The notes under the pieces: model-generated
What the model was told of the DNA's origin: nothing
The model's input: the letters and a program-made list of their open reading frames with translations, nothing else
Databases searched by the model: none
Shown: in pieces, positions 20,318-28,922 of the stretch
Layout of the letters: every line of letters begins with the position of its first letter
Position numbering within the stretch: position 1 is the stretch's first letter
Source of the DNA: Candidatus Arthromitus sp. SFB-mouse-Japan
Lineage (GTDB): Bacteria > Bacillota > Clostridia > Clostridiales > Clostridiaceae
Assembly (NCBI RefSeq): GCF_000270205.1
Contig: NC_015913.1
Span: forward strand, 1,380,001 to 1,412,000
DNA length: 32,000 bases
Direction of reading: 5' to 3'
Position numbers and translations under genes: made by a program

Positions 20318-22918
20318 TTAAGCTAATCCCTTTTTAGGAGTTATATTCTGTTTATCTAAAATCACCTTATACAACTTATCATAATCCTCATAAAAAGCTA
20401 CTATTAAATCACCCTGCTTAGCATTATCAATAGCCTCACTCAAAGCTTCTCCCTCATCGAGTATTATTTTAAAATTACTGTTATTCCCAAAACCTTGTCT
20501 AATAATATTTGCAACCTCATTCTCTTGTCTTCCTCGTTTATCGCTATCTTCTTTTATATAACTAAAACTTAAATATTTAGAACAAAGTTTTCCAATTTCA
20601 AATCCAACACTATCATTCCTATCTCCTGGTATTCCTATAACACCAGTTACTTTACTATACCCCATATTCTTTATACTACTAAAAATAGCATTAAACCCTT
20701 GAATATTGTGAGCATAATCTAAAATTACTTTTACTCCTCTAACATCAAACTGATTAAATCTTCCTTTATTATGTTTATCATCACACTGAAAACTCTTAAG
20801 CCCTTTAGATATTATGCAATAATCTATTTCAAGTCCCACTAAAGATGCAGTTGCTGTAAGAACATTTTCTATATTATGAGTAAGAGCCCCATTAAAGGTA
20901 ATAGGTATATCTCTTAAATCAGCAATATGAAATATCCTTCTATTTTTCTCTACATAAATAGAATTATTAGATATATATATTCCATAGTTTCCCTTATCTA
21001 AATTTTCTCTTAAAAACTCATTATCTTTATCCTTAGAAAATACTATCAAATTACCTTTTGCTCTAGACGATATCTTCCTACACATATCATCATCACCGTT
21101 TATTATTGAATATCCATCAGGTTTAACTGCTTCTATAACTAAAGACTTTACATGTGCTAATTCCTCTAAAGTGTTAACACCATCGATACCCAAATGATCA
21201 TCACTTATATTTGTAATTACTCCAACGTCAGCTAAATCATAAGCCAAACCATTTCTTATAATTCCTCCACGAGCAGTTTCTAACACAGCCACATCAACAT
21301 CTTTGTTTAATAATATACTCCTCGCACTAAAAAAACCAGTCATATCTCCTTTAACTATACATTGATCATTTAAAAACACTCCACTAGTCGTAGTCATACC
21401 AACAGTATAACCAAGTCCTCTCAATGTATGAGCTACAATCCTAGTTGTAGTTGTCTTACCATTAGTTCCTGTTATCGCAATCAATGGTATACTCTTAGGA
21501 GAATTCTTAAATAACGCAGAAACAATAACATTAGCTACATCCCTTGGTGTTCCCTCACTTGGATAATGGTGCATTCTAATACCAGGAGCTGCATTAACCT
21601 CAACTATAACTCCATTATCATATAAAGGCTTTGAAACATCCATACAGCAAAGATCTATACCACAAATATTAAGTCCTATAGCCTTAGAGGCTCTAATACA
21701 AATATCAATATTTTCTTTACAAATTTTATCTGTACAATCTTCTGAAGTACCTCCAGTAGATAAATTTGAATTCTCCCTTAATACCAACTCCTTACCATCC
21801 TCTAAAACACTATCTAAACTATATCCACTTTTAGATATACAAAAAATCAGCTCATTATCTATCTTAATTTTAGTAAGTGGTTTCTCATGCCCATCCCCTC
21901 TAGATTCATCAGAATTCAGAATTTCTATTAATTCCTTAATAGTAGAGACTCCATCTCCTTTAACCATAGGTGGATTCCTCCTAGATACTGCAATAACATC
22001 TCCATCCACAACACAAACTCTATAATCATATCCTTCAATATATTGTTCAACCATAATATCCTTATATTTTGACTTAATTTTATTATAAGCTTCTATTAAC
22101 TGTTTTTCATTTTTAATGTTTAAATATACTCCTTTACCCTGATATCCATATCTTGGCTTAAGAACAACTGGATATCCTATAGCCTCAGCTTCTATCAATA
22201 ATTCTAATTGGCTATTGATCTTATCTCCTTTTGCCACAGGTAAAAACTGCATCTCTAAAAGTTTTTTAGTTAAAACTTTATCACTTGCAATATCCACACT
22301 AATAGAACTTGTATTTGAATCTATTGTCGCTTGAATCATCTTACTATATCTTCCATATCCAAACTGAAACATTGAATCATCATCAAATCTTATAATAGGT
22401 ATGCCCTGTTTTTTTGCAGCTTCACAAAGAGCCAAAGCACTTGGTCCTAAATTTTCATATTCTAATATATTTTTAATATCTCTTATCCTTGATTGTAAAT
22501 CTATATATTTCTTCGATATCAAAGAATTTATCAAATCTATGGCGAGCCTGGCTATAGCTAATGCCGTTTTCTTGTAAATGTATTCAAAAACAACATAATA
22601 AAGATCTCCTTTTATCTCCCTAGCCTTACCATAAGCTATTTCTAATCCAACTCTACTATGTAACGCAATAATAGTATGCTCACATACGTGAGCCAAATAA
22701 GTTCCTTCTCTCAATCTCTTTACAAACCCATGGTCCTCATCTATTCCACATCTATGCTCCCAAATTTCCGGCAATAACTCTATCAATTTATCATTGAATC
22801 CATCTATGCACTTACTAGGTGTTTCGCAATATCCTTGTAAATCTACATCCATTCTGACCACTTTTCTATGAGAATAAATATTTTTACCCTCATAAGCTCT
22901 GTAATTTAAAATTTTCAT
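20318..22918 (-). CDS. cphA: Cyanophycin synthetase (CphA1 type)
   Basis: 866 aa with three regions: an N-terminal domain, an ATP-grasp region (VVLKPRYGYQGKGVYLNI) and a Mur-ligase-like domain with P-loop ITGTNGKTTTTRI. Its ATG shares one base with the cphB stop. Confidence 0.92.
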   Translation of the reverse strand: MKILNYRAYEGKNIYSHRKVVRMDVDLQGYCETPSKCIDGFNDKLIELLPEIWEHRCGIDEDHGFVKRLREGTYLAHVCEHTIIALHSRVGLEIAYGKAREIKGDLYYVVFEYIYKKTALAIARLAIDLINSLISKKYIDLQSRIRDIKNILEYENLGPSALALCEAAKKQGIPIIRFDDDSMFQFGYGRYSKMIQATIDSNTSSISVDIASDKVLTKKLLEMQFLPVAKGDKINSQLELLIEAEAIGYPVVLKPRYGYQGKGVYLNIKNEKQLIEAYNKIKSKYKDIMVEQYIEGYDYRVCVVDGDVIAVSRRNPPMVKGDGVSTIKELIEILNSDESRGDGHEKPLTKIKIDNELIFCISKSGYSLDSVLEDGKELVLRENSNLSTGGTSEDCTDKICKENIDICIRASKAIGLNICGIDLCCMDVSKPLYDNGVIVEVNAAPGIRMHHYPSEGTPRDVANVIVSALFKNSPKSIPLIAITGTNGKTTTTRIVAHTLRGLGYTVGMTTTSGVFLNDQCIVKGDMTGFFSARSILLNKDVDVAVLETARGGIIRNGLAYDLADVGVITNISDDHLGIDGVNTLEELAHVKSLVIEAVKPDGYSIINGDDDMCRKISSRAKGNLIVFSKDKDNEFLRENLDKGNYGIYISNNSIYVEKNRRIFHIADLRDIPITFNGALTHNIENVLTATASLVGLEIDYCIISKGLKSFQCDDKHNKGRFNQFDVRGVKVILDYAHNIQGFNAIFSSIKNMGYSKVTGVIGIPGDRNDSVGFEIGKLCSKYLSFSYIKEDSDKRGRQENEVANIIRQGFGNNSNFKIILDEGEALSEAIDNAKQGDLIVAFYEDYDKLYKVILDKQNITPKKGLA

Positions 22919-23739
22919 TATTTTACTCTTTCCTCCTCAAGTGGTTGCTTTCTATTTAAATCAAAACAATTTCCACTTTTTAAAACATGCATTTTAACAT
23001 TGAATAAACTCAAAGGAACTTCATTTTCTTGCTCTAACAAACTACTATAAGTTAAATATCTACCATCTATTATATAAACAGCTCCAGAACCTATAACACT
23101 AAAATAACCTTCTTTCTTATTCACTACTATTGCCGTATCTTCATCTATACCAATACCTAGAACACTTGGATTTTCTGCAATAGCACCTAGTAGTCTTCCT
23201 ATTCTTCCTCTTTGGGCAAAATGTTGATCTATCATAACTCCTTGCATAAATCCAAATCCTGGACATTTAGATAAATTATTCTTTCTTGGCGACTCTTCAT
23301 CAGGTCCTCTAACAATCATAGTCTCACTCATAACCGATGCCCCCGCGGAAGTACCTGCAAATATACCTCCATTATCATGAAATTTCCTCATTTCTTCATA
23401 TAGAGGTGTACCCCCTACCAAACTAGTTATTTTGAGCTGATTACCACCCGTAAAAAATATTAATGAGGCTTTTTTTACCATATCTAATAAATCTCGATTA
23501 TCACATTGATCTCGAGAGGAAATATCTAAAATTTCAATATTTTTAACTCCAAGTTCATGAAATAAATTTTTATAATCATATCCAACTTCTCTACCTAAAT
23601 CAGAAGCTAATGTAGAAACTATCATAGTATCTTTTTCTTTATCAATCATATTCGCAACTCTTCTTAATATTTCTCTGCTTCCACTCTTGTCTTCCGCTCC
23701 ACCAATAATTATAAGTTCACCCTTAATACCATAACTCAT
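22918..23739 (-). CDS. cphB: Cyanophycinase (peptidase S51)
   Basis: 273 aa. The Ser-His-Glu triad contexts are visible: FAGTSAGASVM, IDQHFAQRGRIGRL and GIGIDEDTA. SD GAGGTGA. Confidence 0.92.
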   Translation of the reverse strand: MSYGIKGELIIIGGAEDKSGSREILRRVANMIDKEKDTMIVSTLASDLGREVGYDYKNLFHELGVKNIEILDISSRDQCDNRDLLDMVKKASLIFFTGGNQLKITSLVGGTPLYEEMRKFHDNGGIFAGTSAGASVMSETMIVRGPDEESPRKNNLSKCPGFGFMQGVMIDQHFAQRGRIGRLLGAIAENPSVLGIGIDEDTAIVVNKKEGYFSVIGSGAVYIIDGRYLTYSSLLEQENEVPLSLFNVKMHVLKSGNCFDLNRKQPLEEERVK

Positions 23740-23869
23740 TAACTTCTCACCTCATACACTTTAATATTTTTAACCACTATAAAAAATAATATTCATAATT
23801 TTCTAATAATCCTTATATACCATTCTTTAAACAAGCCATATTTATTATGTACATTTTTTTTATAAAAAT

Positions 23870-23904
23870 TCATTGCAAAAAAAGAGCGTAGCATCGCTAC
23901 GCTC
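23870..23904 (-). terminator. Rho-independent terminator after the SipL-like gene
   Basis: GC-rich 9-bp stem GAGCGTAGC (23884..23892) / GCTACGCTC (23896..23904) with a 3-nt loop. On the minus strand it is followed by a T7 run (complement of A 23877..23883). Confidence 0.8.
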
Positions 23905-23908
23905 CTAC

Positions 23909-25456
23909 TTAAAATATAGCTTTAGATGGTATTAATAATTTATACCCAGCTATTTCATCTTCTTGATCCAAATTATTAATCCTACATATATCTTCTATTG
24001 AAACACAATATTTCTTAGCTATACCCCAAAGAGTATCTTCTTCTCCTACAATATATATTATAACACTACAATCTTTAACAGGAATTTCTTCCTGAGTTTT
24101 ATACATATCAACCAATATATCTTTTTTAATTTCAGAATTAATATAAACTCTTATATTTACAACCGCTTTTATACCTATAGTCTTAGCTTCAATAAACGCT
24201 TCAATATTTTCTAAATTCTCATTAAATACTGAATCCATATCTATTTTAATATTTTCATTCTCAAAATTAGTGTTAAATGGAAATGCTTGTTTTACATTTA
24301 AGAATTCTCCATCACTATTTTTATATATAATTTCAGCATTAATAACACCTTCTATTACAAGCTTACCCTCTAAGATTTTTTTATTTAATATGCTACACCT
24401 ACCGGTAGTATAAATTATAGAAACCGGTACATCTTCTACGTTTATATTATCCTTAATTATTGTATCTATATTGCCATATGCCTCTACATTATTAATTTTA
24501 TAAGTATTTTTAACTAAATTAACTAAAGAATTTTTACTATAAGCATCATCTATTATAGACAATATGTTCTTACTTAAAACTTTAAGATTACATCTTATGT
24601 TAATATAACTATTTATAACTCTACTTTCTCCAGACTCATCTTCATCTATCATATATTCAAATCCAATTATATCCCAATTATGTACTGGGATCATACTAGA
24701 ATCTATATCATCCACATCACAATCTTTAGTTAAATATATATCCTGCTCTAAATAATTTAAATTATCAGAATTAACTTCTTTATACAATACCTTCACTTTA
24801 CAATAAGCATTATATGTTATCTTATTATCCAATAATTTACACTCTGTTTTATATATATATGAATCGCATATTAATACCTTTCCAATAGCACCTTTATCTA
24901 AAGGTACATTTATTGATGTTTCATTCATTAATTCCTCAGTAAATGTACCTTTTAGTTCACATATCTCCAAATCTTTCATTAAAAGCTGTATATCATCTTG
25001 ATCCTCAAGATCATTCATAATATCTATATCCAATATTTCATTTGAATTCGAACTAAATTTCAAATGTGCCTCTATACTAATTTTCCTCTCATTTAACAAC
25101 AATGATTTTTTATCCGAAATATCTACTTTAATATTATATAAATTTTCTTTTCTCATCCCAAAACTTTCAATATATAGGTTAAATTTATCAGAATAAGAAA
25201 CATTGTATGTATTATTTTTCCCATCATCTACTGCAACATAAACAATGCTGTATATTAACTCTCCCTCTACAAATATCTTATCCATAAATGCTTCAGTATT
25301 AATAATCTTAGGTTTTACATCTATCATTAATATTTTATCTACATCTGGATGAGTATCTGGAATTAAATATTCACCTTTAACTACAAAATCATTATGTCCC
25401 TCTATATTTTTACATTCATAACTAATTTTTTGTTTTACTAAATTTATCTCTTCCAC
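23909..25456 (-). CDS. LysM-domain spore coat morphogenetic protein, SipL/SpoVID-like (SPOCS/DUF3794 repeats plus C-terminal LysM)
   Basis: 515 aa with a GTG start (GGAGG 7 nt upstream). The C-terminal LysM is IYIVGEEDTLWGIAKKYCVSIEDICRINNLDQEDEIAGYKLLIP. The beta-rich repeated N-terminal region, and its position after yabG-veg, match what I recall for C. difficile sipL. The orthology call comes from memory of that family. Confidence 0.6.
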   Translation of the reverse strand: MEEINLVKQKISYECKNIEGHNDFVVKGEYLIPDTHPDVDKILMIDVKPKIINTEAFMDKIFVEGELIYSIVYVAVDDGKNNTYNVSYSDKFNLYIESFGMRKENLYNIKVDISDKKSLLLNERKISIEAHLKFSSNSNEILDIDIMNDLEDQDDIQLLMKDLEICELKGTFTEELMNETSINVPLDKGAIGKVLICDSYIYKTECKLLDNKITYNAYCKVKVLYKEVNSDNLNYLEQDIYLTKDCDVDDIDSSMIPVHNWDIIGFEYMIDEDESGESRVINSYINIRCNLKVLSKNILSIIDDAYSKNSLVNLVKNTYKINNVEAYGNIDTIIKDNINVEDVPVSIIYTTGRCSILNKKILEGKLVIEGVINAEIIYKNSDGEFLNVKQAFPFNTNFENENIKIDMDSVFNENLENIEAFIEAKTIGIKAVVNIRVYINSEIKKDILVDMYKTQEEIPVKDCSVIIYIVGEEDTLWGIAKKYCVSIEDICRINNLDQEDEIAGYKLLIPSKAIF

Positions 25457-25520
25457 TTTATTACCTCCACGACTTAATTAATATATAATTATTAATGTAA
25501 AAATAAAAATATTACATATT

Positions 25521-25570
25521 TAATAATAAAAAATTTAGGTTTATCTAATCAATGATAAACCTAAATTTTT
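25521..25570 (-). terminator. Rho-independent terminator after veg
   Basis: 17-bp perfect stem AAAAATTTAGGTTTATC (25529..25545) / GATAAACCTAAATTTTT (25554..25570) with an 8-nt loop. On the minus strand it is followed by TTTATTATT. Confidence 0.7.
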
Positions 25571-25607
25571 AAACTATCATATGTTTAACCTATATATTCT
25601 ACAAGTA

Positions 25608-25853
25608 CTAACTAGCATAAACTATCTGAACAGTATTAGTTAATACATCAGAATAACTATATGTTACTATTCGTTGGGTGTCATTCTTTAATCTTATTAA
25701 AAAAATACTATGATATGTTTTTTCTATAGTACCCTCATTTATAAAGACCTTTCTTCTTCCTCCGCTAGCTTTTAATGTTACTTTATGACCAACGTGATCC
25801 TCTATGTCCTTTTTTATGGATGCTAGTGTCTTAAAACCATCCAAAATCAACAC
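25608..25853 (-). CDS. veg: Veg protein (DUF1021)
   Basis: KTLASIKKDIEDHVGHKVTLKASGGRRK...TYHSIFLIRL...VTYSYSDVLT aligns by eye with B. subtilis Veg. The track start is a GTG that directly abuts the SD (AAGAGGGTG). A TTG three codons downstream (25844), with 7-nt spacing, is the more likely true start. Confidence 0.85.
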   Translation of the reverse strand: MLILDGFKTLASIKKDIEDHVGHKVTLKASGGRRKVFINEGTIEKTYHSIFLIRLKNDTQRIVTYSYSDVLTNTVQIVYAS

Positions 25854-25869
25854 CCTCTTTCCAAATACA

Positions 25870-25899
25870 ATTATATCATAAATACATACTATTTGTCAA
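25870..25899 (-). promoter_or_regulatory. Near-consensus sigma-A promoter of veg
   Basis: The minus strand reads TTGACA (25899..25894), an 18-nt spacer ending in TG-a, then TATAAT (25875..25870), which is an extended -10. The leader before the SD is very short. Confidence 0.6.
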
Positions 25900-25921
25900 A
25901 ATTTACCAAGCAAATAGTATG
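25885..25921 (-). terminator. Inverted repeat after yabG that overlaps the veg -35 (yabG terminator or an operator)
   Basis: 11-bp perfect arms CATACTATTTG (25885..25895) / CAAATAGTATG (25911..25921) with a 15-nt loop, beginning 21 nt after the yabG stop. The downstream arm on the minus strand overlaps TTGACA by two bases. Confidence 0.35.
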
Positions 25922-25942
25922 TAAATACTAAAATGATCTATT

Positions 25943-26833
25943 TCACATATAGAAAGATTTAGGAAACCCCTCCCTATATTTTCCTCTTGTCTGTATTCCT
26001 CCAATACCATTAAATCCAGTTATAGTCTCACTAATAACATCACTTATCTTGATTGTTTTATCAATAGATGTATTAAAAATTTTTGAACACACAAGAACCG
26101 GATCCAAGCAATGCACTAAAACTCTACCAGGAGAAGTCGCAAAATTAGCACCGGCTCCAATTAAAGCTTCATAACAACTCTGACAAGCACCTGCAAATAT
26201 AACTAAATCATCCAAATTTTTTTCATAAGAACGTAATTTACAAACGCTTTCCATAAAATATTTAGAATTTTTATAACAGTTCAAATCCATATAATCAACT
26301 ATATTCTTACTCATACTATCATGCCCTGTTAAAACCACAATATCTGGTTTATAAAAACTTACTAAATCTAATATAACATCAGGTTGTTTACTTTCATCCA
26401 CACATTCACCATATACATTGACAAAAAGTTCCTCATAAACTTCTATACATTTATTTAAATATTCAAGATCTCCATCTACGTGTAATATCTTACCACTTTT
26501 CCCAAATGTAAGACCTTTTTTTTTATTTGCCTTAAAACTTCTATTTTCATCATTTTTTATATCATTACGATAATTTTTATCACTAAATCTGCAATCTAAA
26601 TTTTTATTATTACTCAATGCCTGTTTAAGTTTACCTTTGACTAATTGAGATAAATTGTCATCATATTTGTTATCTACAATCTCTAAGTCATCCTTTAAAG
26701 CATCGGCTATAATCCTTATACTTTTTCCCTTTAGTATAAAAATAACTTCTCCATTAATATCTTTAATATCTGCTATCTTAAATTTTATATCCTTATCATA
26801 AGATTTTCTAACTACTATATCTCCTATTTTCAT
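25943..26833 (-). CDS. yabG: Sporulation-specific protease YabG (peptidase U57)
   Basis: 296 aa. The N-terminus MKIGDIVVRKSYDKDIKFKI...IFILKG..IRIIAD closely parallels B. subtilis YabG. The yabG-veg synteny is conserved. Confidence 0.88.
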   Translation of the reverse strand: MKIGDIVVRKSYDKDIKFKIADIKDINGEVIFILKGKSIRIIADALKDDLEIVDNKYDDNLSQLVKGKLKQALSNNKNLDCRFSDKNYRNDIKNDENRSFKANKKKGLTFGKSGKILHVDGDLEYLNKCIEVYEELFVNVYGECVDESKQPDVILDLVSFYKPDIVVLTGHDSMSKNIVDYMDLNCYKNSKYFMESVCKLRSYEKNLDDLVIFAGACQSCYEALIGAGANFATSPGRVLVHCLDPVLVCSKIFNTSIDKTIKISDVISETITGFNGIGGIQTRGKYREGFPKSFYM

Positions 26834-26896
26834 AAATCTTCCATAACAATAAATGTTTACTTCAATTTATTCACTAGGTATAAATTTTGATACAAT

Positions 26897-27682
26897 TTAT
26901 ATAGTATTTCTTCCACCTAAAATATTAAATCCTGAATCTACATGTATTATTTCCCCAGTTATACCCCTTGATAAATCACTCATCAAAAATAGTGCTGTAT
27001 CACCAACCTCTGATGGATCAGTTAAACGTCGAAGTGGAGACTGTTTCTCTATTTCATCTAATATTAAATTAAAATCAGACACTCCCTTAGCCGATAACGT
27101 TTTTATAGGCCCTGCCGAAATAGCATTGACTCTTATATTTTTACGTCCTAAATCATTAGCTAAATACTTAACACTCATATCAAGCGAAGCCTTAGCTACA
27201 CCCATAACATTGTAATTCGGAACAACTTTTTCACTTCCATAATATGTAAGAGTAACTATACTACCTCCCTCAGTCATATACTGCTCAGCCTCTTTTATAA
27301 CACCTGTCAATGAATAAGAACTTACATTTTGAGCCAATAAAAACCCATCTCTAGTTGTATTTAAATACTCCCCTTTTAATTCATTCTTATTTGCAAATGC
27401 TATAGAGTGAACTATGCCGTGTATTACTCCAACCTTTTCCGATATAACTTTAAAACAATTACGTATACTTTCATCATCTGTCACATCACATTCAACTATT
27501 AAATAGTTATCATTAAGTGATTTAGATAATTTTTCTATATTATCTCTAAATCTATCATTAACATATGTAAATATTATATTAGAATTTGCATTATTAAGAG
27601 ATTTAGCTATATGCCAAGCTATACTAAAATTATTCGCAACTCCCATAATGACTATATTTTTATTATTTAAATTTAACTCCAT
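26897..27682 (-). CDS. fabI: Enoyl-[acyl-carrier-protein] reductase (NADH), FabI
   Basis: 261 aa SDR with N-terminal IVIMGVANNFSIAWHIAKSL and the FabI-type Tyr-x6-Lys (YNVMGVAKASLD). SD GGGAGGA. Confidence 0.9.
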   Translation of the reverse strand: MELNLNNKNIVIMGVANNFSIAWHIAKSLNNANSNIIFTYVNDRFRDNIEKLSKSLNDNYLIVECDVTDDESIRNCFKVISEKVGVIHGIVHSIAFANKNELKGEYLNTTRDGFLLAQNVSSYSLTGVIKEAEQYMTEGGSIVTLTYYGSEKVVPNYNVMGVAKASLDMSVKYLANDLGRKNIRVNAISAGPIKTLSAKGVSDFNLILDEIEKQSPLRRLTDPSEVGDTALFLMSDLSRGITGEIIHVDSGFNILGGRNTI

Positions 27683-27716
27683 AATAATCCTCCCTAAAAA
27701 TAAAGTTAATAACCCC

Positions 27717-27763
27717 CTATTTTACTTACTAAAATAGTACACTTAATAATAATTAAAAGTCAA
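27717..27763 (-). promoter_or_regulatory. Candidate fabI promoter with an inverted repeat across the -10 and start site
   Basis: The minus strand reads TTGACT (27763..27758), an 18-nt spacer, then TACTAT (27739..27734). The 8-bp arms CTATTTTA (27717..27724) / TAAAATAG (27730..27737) with a 5-nt loop overlap the -10. Confidence 0.35.
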
Positions 27764-27803
27764 CAAAAAAAATTAAAACGTGTAAAACTCTACACGTTTT
27801 AAT
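27761..27803 (-). terminator. Rho-independent terminator after the cotS-family gene
   Basis: 13-bp stem ATTAAAACGTGTA (27772..27784) / TACACGTTTTAAT (27791..27803) with a 6-nt loop, overlapping the stop codon. On the minus strand it is followed by TTTTTTTGTTG. Confidence 0.7.
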
Positions 27804-28806
27804 TTACTTTTATTAAAAACTCCCTCTCAAAATTATCTATAAAATTCATATAACTTTCGCGTTCATTTACTAACTTTTCTAACTGACTTAAAAATACATT
27901 TTGCCTTATTAATACATCATTATAAAAATATCTGTTGCAAACCCTCCAAAACCTTTGAGGAAATAACAAAAAACCATATATTAAAAATATATCTTCATAT
28001 CTTAATTCTAAATTACTATTATAACTCTCAATTATACTCTTGCAGATATTTATATCCCAATTATTCTTTTTTAAAACTCTTATTATATAATTCGCTATAT
28101 CATAGCTTCTTACTTCTCTTTTACAATAATCAAAATCTAAAATATTTATATTATCATGTTTGTCTATCACTATATTATGATGTGTATAATCATGATGACA
28201 AAAACTCTTCTCATTCTCAATTTCTCTGCAAATATCATAATAATTAGATTTTTCAAAAATATTATACGCCTTTTTAGCTATATCTTTATAAAACTCATAA
28301 TTTTTAATATATATCATATCTACATCGTTCTTTAAACCCTTTTTTCTAACTAAATCTCTCATCTTATCAAATGATCTTATCCTCTTATCCATAATACTTG
28401 GCCATCTATCCAAATCACTTTTAAGTTTTGAATGCTCAGGTGGATCATATCCTTTAGATGATATATGAAGATTCGCAAGAACTTTTGCTGAATTATTAAC
28501 ATCATCAATATTTAAAAAATCACATTCTCGCCCATCTATCCAATTCGATAATGTATAGATATCTTCATTTACTATAGCATATGGATTTCCCTCTATGTTC
28601 AAATAAAATCTATCTATATTTTCAAATCCATTCTTTATTAAATGTTCCTTTGCTCCATATATAAAAACTAATTTTTGTATTCCATAAGATACCTTTTTTA
28701 AACACATTTCTCCCTTATTGGTCTTCAAAAAATAGATTCCTCTATTAGGTTTAATTTTCTCTATTTTTAAATCAAATTGTCTCTCTATTTCAAATTCTCT
28801 CATCAT
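27799..28806 (-). CDS. CotS-family spore coat protein (aminoglycoside-phosphotransferase/kinase-like fold)
   Basis: 335 aa with catalytic-loop motif CHHDYTHHN (HxDxxxxN) and the metal-binding ILDFDY, as in CotS/YtaA/YutH. SD AGGAGGTGA. Confidence 0.8.
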   Translation of the reverse strand: MMREFEIERQFDLKIEKIKPNRGIYFLKTNKGEMCLKKVSYGIQKLVFIYGAKEHLIKNGFENIDRFYLNIEGNPYAIVNEDIYTLSNWIDGRECDFLNIDDVNNSAKVLANLHISSKGYDPPEHSKLKSDLDRWPSIMDKRIRSFDKMRDLVRKKGLKNDVDMIYIKNYEFYKDIAKKAYNIFEKSNYYDICREIENEKSFCHHDYTHHNIVIDKHDNINILDFDYCKREVRSYDIANYIIRVLKKNNWDINICKSIIESYNSNLELRYEDIFLIYGFLLFPQRFWRVCNRYFYNDVLIRQNVFLSQLEKLVNERESYMNFIDNFEREFLIKVN

Positions 28807-28922
28807 AATACTCTCTTCACCTCCTTTATATCATTATGACCAAGCATTAATAATTATTATTTGATTAACAATTTAAATTAAATTTAATATTATAAAACTA
28901 TAATTTTTCAGAAGGTACTTAT

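Noticed and set aside
23793-23873. A 26-codon ORF (MNFYKKNVHNKYGLFKEWYIRIIRKL) on the minus strand in the 169-bp region upstream of cphB, considered as a possible leader peptide or small protein.
   Set aside because: It begins inside the T-tract region of the upstream terminator with no SD-like sequence. Short ORFs of this size arise by chance in intergenic DNA, so there is nothing to support translation.
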